A DNA stretch of 64,000 bases from contig NC_081369.1 in NCBI RefSeq assembly GCF_030684315.1, positions 51,753,598 through 51,817,597 of the forward strand, read 5' to 3'. This document shows, piece after piece, positions 45,200-58,502 of this stretch (position 1 is the stretch's first letter; every line of letters begins with the position of its first letter). The notes below the pieces were generated by a model. It made no database searches, was not told where the DNA came from, and saw only the letters and a list, made by a program, of their open reading frames with translations. The DNA is from Stegostoma tigrinum (Eukaryota). The position numbers were made by a program, and so were the translations under genes.

Positions 45200-46070
45200 A
45201 GTTTTTAACTTCAGAATGATGCCTAAACTTAACAGCCTCTCCTTTGACACAAAGGCCAAGAAGAGTTTCAAATCAATAATAAAAGCAACAAAAAAGTGAG
45301 CATGAAAGCTTTAAATTGAGGGGTGAAAGATATAGGACAGATGTCAGAGGTAGTTTCTTTACTCAGAGAGTAGTAAGGGAATGGAACGCTTTTCCTGCAA
45401 CGGTAGTAGATTCGCCAACTTTAGGTACATTTAAGCCGTCATTGGATAAGCATATGGACGTACATGGAATAGTGTAGGTTAGATGCGATCGAGATCGGCA
45501 TGACAGGTCGGCAAAACATCGAGGGCCGAAGGGCCTGTACTGTGCTGTAATGTTCTATATGTTCTATATGAAAGGGACATCAAAATATGAATAATTTGCA
45601 ATTATGTTTGTGGGGAATAAAAGGTGATCCGAAGCAAATGGTCTGTTCGAAAACATAACAATGATGATGTGTATGAAAATAAGGAAATGGCAAATATACT
45701 GAATAATTATTTTGCTTCAGTATTTACAGTAGAGGTAAAAAGTCAGCATACCAGATATTCCAGGAAAACTATTATTGAATCAAGATAAGGAGTCAACAAA
45801 ATTCATGCAAGCAGGTAACAGCTACAGGGAAATTGATTATGCTAATGAGCAATAAATCACTCACACCTGATGCTTTCCATCCCAGTGTTTTCAAAGAAAC
45901 AGGTGAGAGCGCTGAAAGATGCAATGTTCTTTTGATTACGGCACTGATGCTTTATGTTAGAAAATTGTGCAGGTCACTCCATTGCTTAAGAAAGGCCACA
46001 GAGGAAAAACTACCACTTAAACATCCAGTTAATTCAATATCTATTGTCTGAAGATTGCTAGAGTCTACAA
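45200..46070 (+). mobile_element. Old CR1 ORF2 internal fragment
   Basis: ENKEMANILNNYFASVFTVE and NKSLTPDAFHPSVFKE motifs; probably continues at 47420-48110. Confidence 0.7.
45309..45567 (+). mobile_element. Young CR1 3' end, same subfamily as 6072-7543
   Basis: About 6 mismatches over ~250 bp versus 7282-7535 by manual count; 7-bp TSD atgaaag (45302-45308/45568-45574). Confidence 0.95.
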
Positions 46071-46974
46071 TGTAGACAGTTTCTCTCTATTCACTCTGCT
46101 TTAACTTCACATGACTAAAGACCTCTGTCACATCTGCTCTCAACTTTCTTTTGCCATACATCACATTAGGTCAATTTCACTCAACCAGGTCAATGATTTC
46201 TCATTGCTTGTCAAGAGCAGCAACACAACATACTGTCACTGGAATAATAATGTGCTTACTGTATTTAATTGAGCCACATAAATCTATAAAATAAACTTAA
46301 TAGGTACAATGCAACAATTAAAATTATTTGTCTGTAAACAATGCTGAGATGCAATTGAACCAGAGATTTTTTGGAAGAATCTACTCTGATTTTGGCACAA
46401 TGTCAATTTGGAAGAGTTTCATGGAAGTCACAAACCATGGAGATTTTCATCCCACGAGTCTCTGCCAGTCACTTCATTAAGTATGTACCTGGTTCCATCG
46501 CACCATTCTCACAAAATATGACACTCAACAGCGGCAGAAATGGTCACCAGTGGTGAGCCGAAGGGTGTTAATTCCTTGGACATCAAAATTAATCCCCAGC
46601 TGTACATGTAGCAGCCAGGCCAGTGTGGTGCCCATGATCTAGAAGAATGTGCAGCAAAGTCAGAAGCAGCTCAATAGCCATATCTACTCTGAAAGAGTAA
46701 CTACCCTCTTCCCTCTGGTGCTACTACACACTCTAATTCTGCCATTGCATCCACCTGCTTGCAAGGTCTACCACAGCTCATGTGCATACATGTCAGAAGC
46801 AGTAATGATGCTTATATGTATATAAATGGTTAAATTTTAGGTTGACTGAACTTCTTAAAGCTGTGTCAAAAAGATTTTTCTCCCTTCGCATTTTCTTCTT
46901 TTACAACATTCTTAATGGTGGCAAGCTTCCTGAGAGTTTTAAAGTGTTTTCTAAAACTCTCAAGAATCTTACCA

Positions 46975-47400
46975 ACATTCGGAACAAAGCAGCCCCTTGA
47001 TTATCACCATATCCATAAACATCTACGCCCTCCAATACCAACCCCCACTAGCTAGAAGATACATTGCAGAAGTTTACCAAAAGATCCTTAGGCAGCATCT
47101 TCCAAACTCATTGTCACTTCCATCTAGAAGGACAAGGGCAGCACATTAATGGGAACATCATTACCTGCAAGTTCCAAGCCACTCACCATCTTGACTTGGA
47201 AATATATTTCCATTCCTTCATTGTCTCTCGATCAAAATCCTGGAATTCCCTCCCTCAGGACATTGTAGATCTATCTACAGCACATGGACTGCAGTTATTC
47301 AAGAAGGCAGCTCATCACCACCTTCTCAAGGACAACTAGAGTGAGACAATAAATGCAAGCCAGCCAGTGGACACCACAGCTCTCAAAAAAATAAAAAGAA
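46975..47400 (+). mobile_element. L2/CR1-group LINE 3' end
   Basis: HSFIVSRSKSWNSLP..GLQLFKKAAHHHLLKDN* and tail 'gacaataaatgc'. Confidence 0.8.
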
Positions 47401-47419
47401 ATATTTTCAGCTAATCAGA

Positions 47420-48110
47420 GTGAACTTGTAAAGTTACAAAAGGATTGCTATGCCTGATGAAAACTGATTGAATTGGTTTGAAGGTACGACTAAATCAGTG
47501 AACAAGAGATTGCCATTGAGTGTTATTTATTTGGATTTGCTCTGAAAAGACTGTTATAGTTGAAGTTCATGAAATTGAAGGCAAATTGTTGATCTGATTA
47601 GCAAATGAACTAAGCAAAGGTCATTGAGAGTATTCTAACTGGAAGACACTCTAATAGACGGGAAATGGCAAGTGGTATCCTGTCCTCAGCTGTTCACTGC
47701 ATTTATCAATGGCCTAAGTGATAAGACTGAAAGCCAAACATCAATGTACCAATGAGACAAAAGTGGTTGATATTGTAGCTAGTACAGATAGAAGAGCAAA
47801 ATTAAAGGTAGATGTTTGTGGATTAAATTAATGAATAACATGAAGCACATTGATTTACATGCAGACAAATTTGAAGTCATCCATGTTGGACCCCACAAAG
47901 AATAGAACGCAGAACTGTCCAAATCACAAAAACTAGAAAAGTGGAGATTCAAAGTGGGAGCCAAGGACACAAAATCTCATGAATTGAAACAGAAATAATG
48001 AAAACGGTTAATTGAATGCTGGTTTTTACGTCTAGAGAAATGGAATAGAGATGGACAAAAACCATGGTTCAGATATACAAAGACGAGTTAATGCACACCC
48101 AAAGTAAAAT
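47420..48110 (+). mobile_element. Highly decayed CR1 RT fragment
   Basis: VIYLD, LFTAFINGL and ADKFEVIHVG-like motifs in order. Confidence 0.6.
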
Positions 48111-49069
48111 TCCAAGAAGTGATTTTTCTCTTGTTTCCACATCGCAAGAAAATCAAATTGTTTTTTTATCAACCAAGTGTTTTCATATTGAAAATGTGCC
48201 ATATTTCTTTGAATCTTTCTGGATAGAAACCCTGTGTCTGGAAGGATCTTCAGTGTAGGCTGCATGCAAAAGATTGAGAGTTTATGGTCAGTTATTTGAT
48301 TCACTCTAACCTATTGTAAAATCAACATAGAACTGTATCAATATCACTCAATAAAATGATTACAGTTAAAGTTCAGTCTTTTTCTGATTGCAACTAACCT
48401 GCCCATCTCAGCAACCATCTAAATGATTCCTTAACAAATCTATCTGGAAGTCAATGTTATACATTAATCAACATTAATGTAAAGGCAAGTTTCCTGATAT
48501 CAATTCACTAAAACATTTGTAATATAGAAGCCAACTAAACATCTCAACTTCAAATACCAAAGCCTAATAAAAGACCTGAAAGGCTGTGTCATGCCAAAAA
48601 TTTATACAAAATTCCACATCAATTTTCCACACCGACAATTGTGAAAAATCCCAAATATTGCAGCATAGTAAAAACATAAATTTTCTTTGTATGTTGTCCC
48701 ATGATTTTCCAAAATTACCCTGGGTCTGTATTCCTAACTCCAATTTAAAATTAATTAATAGGCCAAGTTTTGATGAGATTTTTAAAATCACACCTTGCAA
48801 GCTTATAGGAACTAAATTTCCAGAGGAAATATCAGAAAATAGATTCGCTCACCTTGTTTCCTACCTCTCACCCATAGCACACCTTCAAGTGTGAATATCA
48901 CTTCACTGCAGTTTTCAAGCAATTTAGCAAGTGATCTGTTCCTAGTCCTTAAAGCCAACAGAAATAAAGACTAAAAGATGTGAAAAGACCTGTTAATTTC
49001 ATACTCTTGAAATGCTACTGATCCATTTTCTGACACAGGAAGCAGAAGTCAGTCAGGCAACCTGACATA

Positions 49070-49312
49070 ACTAAAATACTGTAAATACTGGAGATCTGAA
49101 ATAAACACAGAAAATGCTGGAGAAACTCAGCAGGTCTGCCAGCAGCTGTGGAGGAAGAAACAGAATTTATGTTCCCAGTCTAGAATGATTTCAGGACTTT
49201 TGAGGACTTTCTGAAGATGTGTCATATCAGACTCATGCCATTTTAACTCTGCTTCTTTCTCCACAGATGCTGTCACATCCATTGAGTTTTTCCAGCACTT
49301 TCTTTTTATTTC
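49070..49312. mobile_element. Old fold-back PLE mini-insertion (family 2)
   Basis: tgctggagaaactcagcagg..cagcagctgtggagg / ctccacagatgctg..gagtttttccagca inverted arms. Confidence 0.75.
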
Positions 49313-50929
49313 AAAACTGTTTATGTATCTTCAATACATACACTGGTTTGTTCTTTTCCCTTCCTAACCCACACTGGAGGGAAAAACAACCCCCAACTTT
49401 TAAGTTGATAAATGCACTACCAAATTAACCAATCACTCAACGAAAATTCCAAGGCTGCTCACCAAGGGCAAGATGACAATAACAGAACACAGAATGGGTG
49501 ATAAAACAAAGGGAACTAAATAAAAGTGAAGTCAGTAAGAAAGAAAGTCTTTTTATTTATATGCAGAAGTGCTCTTACACCCATGCTGCTTTTTTATATC
49601 CAGCATTTTCTGAAGGCAAGTCAGCGATAGTCACAAAGTGTTCATCTTGCCTCACTAACACACCTGTTGACTATAAGAACTGGGAACAGATCACTTGCTA
49701 AATGGCTTGAAAACCACAGTGAAGTAATGTTCATACTTGAAAGGGCTGGTGTGGGTGAGAGATAAGAAACAAGGTGATACAATCTATTTTCAGTCATTCC
49801 CTCTGGATATATGAGTTCCATGCACCGCTGTGTTTACACCTATAGTACTGGTAGGAAGGGCATTCCAGGAATTTCTTCTGTGCAGTTGGAGGTCGTGAGT
49901 CTGGGAGTTGCTGATAAAAGGGTTGAATTGTTCACCCTCCAAATTCACTTCCTTCCCTACCATATGGAACTTGCAATTTTGGCACCTCCACTGTCCAACA
50001 ACCCGGACACATCTAACCTCTCCCCACTACTCCCCTCCCCCCACCCCCATTGATAAATGGTCCAAATTTTAGGAAAATTCAGCTAAGTGTCAATTTCAGG
50101 GAGTTTCATAGGGAATTAGTCTCTGATGAGACTCAATGGGTTATCTCATGCAATGTCCACATATCATTGATGATTTTTGTGGTACACCTTTAAGGTGCTG
50201 CACTATTTTACATTATTGTGTGGAAACGATCCCTGCTGTCAGGACCTTCTGGGATTCATGCCACCAGTTCCATAATTCAAGCCCAACTGGCCTGTGCACC
50301 AGGATAAATACTGCACGCTAGGGACAGATCTTCACATTAACCATAGCAGGAGGGAAATAAAAAGGAAAGCATCTGAGTATACGTAGATCGTGCAGAACCA
50401 CCTCTTTGGAAATAGAAGGCACCTTTCCTAAATATTATGCACTTTACACCATCACCTGCCTGAGTGACTGTCATTAAACTGAAACCACAAGAATGATGTT
50501 ACAGAGCCCTACCCATCTTTAATGACATACCATAATAAAACCCTGTATCAAGAAAAGCTCATCTTTCCCGAATGCCCAGCCAGCACAACACCTTGTCATT
50601 ACTTGATTTCAAAACATTACACGTTGGAAAGCCTTCAAACAGTTAATGATGCTCACTTCAATTCACAATAGAAAAAGCAAAGGAACAAGTAAAGCTGCAT
50701 TTCTTCCAGTACTAAACGGCACTGGCTTGCTTTTCAAGTAACAGCAAATCTACAGTCAATAAATGCAAACTTTGCCCAACTCCGATCTATCAAAGCTAAT
50801 TAACTCTTGTCTGTCTTGGTGTCTGATGTGACACCGGTCTGTCATACAGATAGTGATCTTCCTTCTGCTCAATGCCCTCCTCTTCCTCCCCAAAAACCTA
50901 CTGTGAATCTCCAAGCTCTTCAGAGACCT

Positions 50930-51800
50930 TCACATCTGCTCTTTGCCTACTCCGGTTGTGCAGATCAGAGTATGCACCAAATCCACCTGGATTGTACGGC
51001 AAGATCCACCAGACTGATGCCAGCAGCGAAATCTCATCTTCAGAAGGCCTCTCATCTGCTCCATGCTGGGCTTTGTGGAAGAATGGGCTGCATCATACCT
51101 ACACTTGACATTAGTCAAGGTTTGCAAAATAGAGTCATCAGTTATCGTCTCCATCACTGTAAGGTATCCAGGCTTTGAAATGAAGCAAGAACTGAAGGGT
51201 TATTAAAGATGATCAAAGATCATTATGGCAACTCCCAGGGTACTGTGCACAGGCCTTTAAGATGTGGCTCCAATGGCTGCCACTGACGTAAATTAATCGC
51301 AGTTTCCATTGGTGAAATGAGCCATGTAATAATATTGGCATTCTCAACATGATGTTTGTGCTGTCTATGGTGCCCTGCACCTCAGGAATGCCACCAATAT
51401 GGCAGAGCTTACTGACCCAGGCTACAGCACTGACTTTGTCATGGGGAAAATGAGGTGAAGCAGTACTTTTTGGCATGAATTAGATTAGTAAAAGGCTTGA
51501 TACATTGAGGATAATGAGGATTGAGAGATCACACACAGATCTTCAATGGATCCTTGGAACCAGCCAGTTACACAAAAAAATTAACACAACTGCTACCTTG
51601 AGAGCCACAAGTTTAAGATGGATAACCACCCCTTCAGATTGCTGGTCCTGCTCCAGCAGATAACACTGTTCTGTGGTCGTGTCTTGGGACATCCTCATTA
51701 GGTGGCAGCACTGCACATCACTCATCTGGAGGAAATGGCATCCAGAACGATAGAGTCGAGGCCTCCAGTACCTCCTCCACATCCTGAGGTGACCTTCTGT
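50930..51800 (-). pseudogene. Decayed PIF/Harbinger (HARBI1-like DDE) transposase
   Basis: Ordered fragments LQMSDVQC..MRMS, VALKVAVVL, GIPEVQGTIDSTNI, CAQYPGSCHND, RYDAAHSST..EQMRGLLKMRFRC across frameshifts. Confidence 0.85.
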
Positions 51801-52162
51801 TGTGATCTCTTTATATGGAGACTATTTTGGCAGCCACTGGAGGTTGTTGTTGGCCTTGGACCTACTGGTGGAGTTGTTGTTCTTCAATTTCTCTCAGCCA
51901 TGATAGTGCAGCGGCCACAGTAATGATCACTCCAGCAATGAGTGGATCCAAGGAGTCAGTCCCACTAAACCTTTGTGGGCAATATCAGAAACTGAAAAGG
52001 CTTCTTAGTAATATTAGCAGTCAGCATTCATATCAGACACAAGTGATAGTTTACTGTATCCAGTGGGACATGGTGGATGAGAGCAAGGAGGGACATGGGA
52101 GGCCTTCACATGAACCTTTGACATAGAAGTCCTTACTCTGATGTAAGTAACACCAACCAGGC

Positions 52163-53281
52163 TTTACAAACATAGCAGGAGATTTTAAGTGCAGTAGAAT
52201 TAATGAAACCACATACCCTCATGCATCTCCCCCACGCCATCGCCAAAGATAGGCATTGTTGCACATGAGACTTTGTTAGCAAATACTTGTGAAGTATGAG
52301 CAGAATGTAGCTCCCCTCCCTAGTGCATCCTATTGGGTTGTTGGATTGTCTTTGTGAATTGTGGCACACATGTAATACTTGTTAGAGTGTCTGCGACTAC
52401 TTTTGGTTCACAGAGATGACTATGATCAATTTGTAAAGACAAATGACATGGTCCAACTGGTTCATGGCCAGGATTTATATTTGACAGAGTTGGTCACTGC
52501 CTGTGGCTCACTGCAGAATCCTGTGATTACAAATATCCTTAACATGTGCTTTGTACATGCCTGATTAATGCAATTGCCTCTTGAAGATCCTCATGTCATT
52601 CACAACTAAAACCTGCATACTCAAACAGTAAATAACCTTGCACATACTCTAGCAGTGATGTGAGCCAATTTTAATTTTCATCGAGCATCTGTGATTCAGA
52701 TGAGGATGGAATGCATTGCAGGTCATGTAAGCTGCAGGCTCAGCCTGTCAATCAAGGTGACTCCCTCCAAATCTTATTATCTATTCCTTCCTGGCATTGT
52801 TTCCACACATACCCATCAAACTCTCTTATTTAAGTTCTCATGTTCCGTGACAGCCAGGCCTACAACTTAGATATCTACCTACCCAACAGTGAAGCCAGGG
52901 TGATGGGATCATCAATATGTTTTTATTTCATTCATGAGACTTGGGTATTGCTGGCATTTATTGTCCTTGAGAAGGTGGAGGTAAACTGCCTTCTTGAACT
53001 CCTGCAGTCCACATGCTGTAGGTTGGCCCACAATGCTATTAGAGAGGGAATTCCAGGAATTTGGCCCAGCGATGAGTCCAGTTGACTAATAATGCCCCCT
53101 TCCCACATTAACTAATGTTTACTAATGCCCCATTTGCAAACATAGCAGCAGGTTTTAAGTGCAGTAGAATTAATGAAACCACATACCCTCATCCAGCTCC
53201 CCCACCCCATCACCAAAGAAAGGCATTGTTGCACATGAGACTATGTTAGCAAATACTTGTGAAAGATGAGCAGAATGTAGC
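52163..53281 (+). repeat. 149-bp direct repeat pair (52163-52311 and 53133-53281)
   Basis: Ungapped alignment, 11 mismatches by manual count. Confidence 0.92.
52920..53075 (-). mobile_element. L2/CR1-group LINE 3' tail
   Basis: 'gcatttattgtccttgagaaggtggaggtaaactgccttcttgaactcctgcagtcc'. Confidence 0.7.
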
Positions 53282-54604
53282 CCCATAATGCCCCATAATG
53301 TCCCAACCTTACATGTTGAGTCGCTGCCGCTTCACAATCATTGCGCCCTTCACATTTCAGCATGTCTGCTTCCAATTCCCACAATTGGTTTCCCAACCTG
53401 CTCAGCACAGCAGTGGCACTGATAACATCTAATCTCTTCACTCTCAGTGGAACAGATACACAGGAACGATAGTGGCCTACTCCCTGACAGATTGGGATGA
53501 TGCCTCTGATTAGTGAGCGATCTGATCCCTAATTGCTTTCTATGCAGCACCCTGACTTGACTGCTGACCTCTGAACTGCTTGTATTTTATCTGCAGGAGA
53601 CATTGGATCACCCTCTGGACTGCAATGATATAGAACCCTGACTCTGATAACTAAAGCAGCTAACTACCCATGTCCAAGCCACTGAACTGAGAACAAGTGA
53701 TATGTATGACTGACTATGGTGACACCCCTTGATTGACAACAGTCCACTTTCATTGCCATTGAAAAGAGAAACACAGACTGTGGTCTACTCCCTTTAAACT
53801 TTATGACATGGCCATTTGCTTGAAGCACATGCCGTGTGCTTGCCACATAAGCTCCTGACACAAGCAGTAGGTGTCACATTGACATATGAAAGCAATATGT
53901 CCAGCCCCTTGACTGATCTCGGCTGGCAAGTATAACAAGGTGCTCGGTTTTGCGTATGCACTGAAAGACCAGCAGGATAGAAGCTCATAAGCCAGCAAGT
54001 TCTCAATGATGCAGCACTTCTCAAAAAGGCAAGTCAAGGGGAGGCAGAGATACTGTGAGCATCCAGTGAAGTGAAAAGTGTAAAGTGAGCACTAAAAAAG
54101 CCCTGAGATACATCCTGCTTTGACACATTGGATGGGTGCCTACGCCTGCATCTAAATTAACTTGGTAACAGCATTGTAATGTACAGGATACATGAGCTCC
54201 AAAGTGCAGCATTGAAGTGGTGAGCTCCATTATTAGTGAGTTGAAAATGGGTCTTGATGATATTATGAAGCTAGTATGTGTGTCCAGCTGTCGTGTAGTC
54301 TTAGAGGCACATATGGCAAGCTACAACCATCAGGTACCAGCTCAGCCTTTGATAATGGGAATTGTAACCATCTGGTTTCTCTCTGCTGCCTGGAAAAGTA
54401 GCAACTTGCATATAAATGAGACAGAAATAGTTGGTAATGACACATTGATTCATCTCACCTTTCACTTATGAAATTCTCAACCACCATGAAAATGTTGGGT
54501 GAAAAATTTAACTTTTTTTTCTAAATGTCTCACTGTTTATTCTCAACTGACTCACCACTGCCCAAGTCATCAGGGGACTGGGAAAATTCCACTTGTTGAA
54601 ATGG

Positions 54605-55240
54605 AGGACTTAGGAACAGGAGACAGTCATGCAACTCTTCAAAGTCACTCTGCCACTCGATAAGGTCACAGTTGATCTAGTTGGAGTCCACTTCCCACAC
54701 TATAACCCGTGATTCCCTTAATCAAGATTCTCTCTAATTCAGACTTCAATAAATTCAATGTCCTAGCTTCCTTTCTCAGGTAAATGTTACATGCACAAAT
54801 AACTCTAGAGAAAAAGAATTCCACCTCTGCATTAGAAACGAGGCTTCTTATTGTTAAGTTATGTCTTCTCATTCTATTTTCCCCCAGAAAATAAAACAAC
54901 CTCTTTGTATTGACACCACCATGACTTCCAGGATCTGTTAGGTTTCAATAGGATCATTTCACATACTGCTATACTCCAAAGGGTAAAGGCTCGACTAGTT
55001 CAGCCTTTCTTCATAAGGTGAATCCTTAGTTGCAGGATCGAGTGATGTGAACCTTCTCTGGACTGCTACTAATGCAATTATGTGCTTTTCAGATAAGGAG
55101 ACGGCAACTACATATTGTTATCCAAGTGTGGTATCATGCAAGGTTTTACATAGTTGCAGCAGAACTTTTCCACCTTTCTGTTCCATTCTCATTGCAAGAA
55201 ACAACAACTTTCCATTTGCCTTCCTAATAACTTGTACCTG
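54605..55240 (-). mobile_element. Old CR1 3' fragment
   Basis: Minus ORF LGENRMRRHNLTIR...FFFSRVICACN plus CR1 tail. Confidence 0.75.
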
Positions 55241-56449
55241 CTTGATGATGAAATTTAAATATGAAGCTCAATAAGGTTAAATCGATTTGAAATATTTCAG
55301 GCTATCTTGGCATTGTCTTTCACACTGAGTGCTTTTTTCACTGTCGTAGTTTGTGACTATGTTTGAGTCAAAAAAGAATGCAGGGTGTCTCTAAAATATT
55401 AGAAATCTGTCTTTGATGAATAGTGTTTCTGCAACTTTTTTGGAAAGTAGAAAAATTGTTTTTAAAAATGCTATTTGAGATATTTGCTTAACTTCTATAA
55501 TTTGCAGTAAGGGCTGCAGATAATGAATGTATAAAGAGTCTTGTACCTTTAACTTTGTTTTTTATTGTATACGTATGTAACCAGTTACTTAAAATAGCAA
55601 CTCTTTTTACCAACAACACATTTTTGTTGTAACCAACACAACCCCTAAGGGTTAAAATTATGTAAATTACTTTCCTGTTCAAAACACTTTTAGCATAATT
55701 AAGAATGCTTCTATCTAAAATAGCCAGACTAGTCTTCCTGCTTCTTTACCAAGGAAATGAGAGTTAAGTGAAGAAATTTTATTGTTTAATTCAGGGTCCA
55801 GTCCGCCATCTCCAGAAAACATTAACAATTCCATTGGACTAATTCACAGGAAAGTAGAAGAATTCTCACCAGTGCCCTGGTCATTGTTTCTTTCTCAACA
55901 ATACCTGAAAGAGATTGTGTGATCACTACCTGTTAGCTGTTTGTGGGATTGTAATGCGTGATAGTTGACAACCAAGCTTCTTAAAGAGATGGCACGCAAA
56001 TAATATTTAATCGGCTGGAAAGCATTTGAGCTATCCTAAGATTAAATTATTCAAATCAGATAAAATTAGTTTGCTAATTTAAAATTAAATGCCTGATTTA
56101 ATTTTCTTTAAAAAAATTGAAATTAGAAAATGTTATGCAATATTATTTCTGGTAATTCATTTTTGACAGATATGAACACTGCATTATTTTATAGATCCTT
56201 TATCAACATTAATGGTTCTGCCAGAATAATAAGGCTGACCTTTGTACGACCAAATAAGGTGATCAATCCTAAGACTGGGCCAGTTGTTTAAAACTGGTTG
56301 TAAAAATGTGGACGATAAAACTACATTCTGCTGATTCTGAGGCTCCTACCATGTGTTAGTTTGAGTGTTTTTCTCCAGAGATAAATACATTCTGTTAAAA
56401 CCTCACCACAATTTCAGATAACAAAGATTTATTGAGACATAAGGCAAAA

Positions 56450-56625
56450 TAGGAGCGGCTGTCTCATTAGAGAGAAACAACCAGGAGTGGTTTACCCTGG
56501 GGTCACCATATCTCAGATGAGAGGAGAGGTCAAAAAGTAGAGTCCTTCATGGCGACCTCAGCCAGTGTGGGAATCGAGCCCATGTTGTTGGCACCACAAG
56601 CTGGCCATCCGAGCTAACTGATTCC
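56450..56625 (-). mobile_element. tRNA-derived SINE (family C)
   Basis: 'ctcattagagagaaac...ggggtcaccatatctcag...acctcagccagtgtgggaatcgagccc'. Confidence 0.7.
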
Positions 56626-57724
56626 CTACTATAGGCAAAATACCTGGTGAACACCTAAAAGTATTTAAACTTTATTTTTCCAAACATTTCACAAGCTAGG
56701 ATGCAACTACAAAGCACAATTGCTTAATTGAAAGTCATAAAAGGCCTGCGATAACTGGATTGATATAAATAATCATGTTACATTTGGAACCCGCTCCGTG
56801 TGACTTTACAAGAAATTTTCGAGAAATGAGGTCAGGGAAATTTGCAACAAATCCGACTGTTGCATCACCAATAAAGTGTATTTATCAAAGATACACAGAG
56901 ATAGCAGCTGAATTAACAAAAGGAAATATTGATTCCACAGAAGTCAACCTCAAAATTTGAAATCCTAGTTTATGAGCAACATGAACAGGTTATTGGAGCA
57001 TGTTATCATAAAAGTACAGATGCAAGATATCTGTAATAAAATACAAAAATTCTGGAAACTCTCAGCAAGATTGGAAAGAGTGAGTAAAAAAGGGTTAATA
57101 TTTCAGTTGATGACCTCTCCACAGAACAAGTTTCTGTTTCTATTTCAGGTTACTAAGTAAACTTTAAACAGGCTTGCTTATTCCTGGACAAACCTGTAAT
57201 TCATTTATCAGGATTTAATCATTGTTCTCTAACTATACAAGTAAGACTGCCAACAATCCTCTCAGTCTGAAATTAGTTTATTACAGGAATGTTGCAGTGC
57301 CAGAAAATAGCCAAGTTTAGAGCAGTCTCACATTGAAGCATCAGTGGCAAATAAAGGTCACAAGTTGGTGAACAGGACAACATGATATTTATCCCAGTAG
57401 TAGGAAGAACCTGTGAATAGATATGTGATATAAATGAGTTAGTTCAGAGTTTTGCCATTGTTTACATTTCATTTATGTTTTTGGGATACTAACAAGCTGG
57501 TTGTAACAGTTACACAGGATGCTTTACAGAAGCTCTGTAATTTTCAGTGCTTGCGTGTACAATTCTCGCATTTTTTTTCTCAAAATAAAACTCAATTTAC
57601 AAGGCAAACATCAATTGTGTTTGACAAACATTGTACATTTGATGCCAACATTCTAAGTGACAAAAGTCTAATCTGTCTATCCAAGCTCTTCTTAAAATCG
57701 AAAATTCCTGATTGTGTACATCGT

Positions 57725-58185
57725 GACATAGAAACTTATAAGATAGGAGCAGGTAGAGGCCAATCAGATCTTCGAGCCTGCTCCATTATTCTTCATGATC
57801 ATGGCTGATCATGCAACTCAATAGCCTAATCCTGCTTTCTCCCCATAACCTTGATCCCATACACCCTAAGTGCTCTATCTAGCTTCCTCTTGAATATATT
57901 CAATGTTTTGGCATCAACTACTTCCTATGGTAATGAATTCCACAGGGTCACCACTCTTAGGGTGAAGAAATGTCTCCTCATCTCCATCCTAAATGGTCTA
58001 CTCCCGAATCCTCATACTGTGACCTCTGGTTCTGGACACATCCACAATCAGGAACATCCTCCCTAGATCCACCCCATCTAGTCCTGTTAGAATGTTATAA
58101 GTGTCTATGAGATCCCCCCCTCAATCATCTGAACTCAAGCGAAAACAATCCTAACATATTCAATCTTTCAATCTCTCCTCATAGT
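57725..58185 (-). mobile_element. CR1 3' fragment
   Basis: 'catagaaacttataagataggagcaggtagaggcca...gatcatggctgatc...gaattccacagggtcaccactc'. Confidence 0.85.
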
Positions 58186-58502
58186 GTTTTGAATATTTGT
58201 ATTTCCTTATGCTACGATGTTGCTTGCAATAAATGCTGGTTGAGAGAGAGAAGCCTACATCCCATGAATGAATAAAAGGGTCGCAGGCACCATCCCTGGA
58301 TATGTCCTCCACACCTAGACTCAGCAGGGCTGGTAGCATATTGATATAGAATGCCAGGCAGACCTAAAAAGGAGGTGGCTTGGTATAGCTATAATACAGA
58401 AGACTTGCATGCCAACTGGCAGAAACAGCATGCAACTAACAGAGCTCAGTGATCCCACAACCCAACAGGCTTGGTCTAAGCTGTACAGCCCTACCACACC
58501 CA

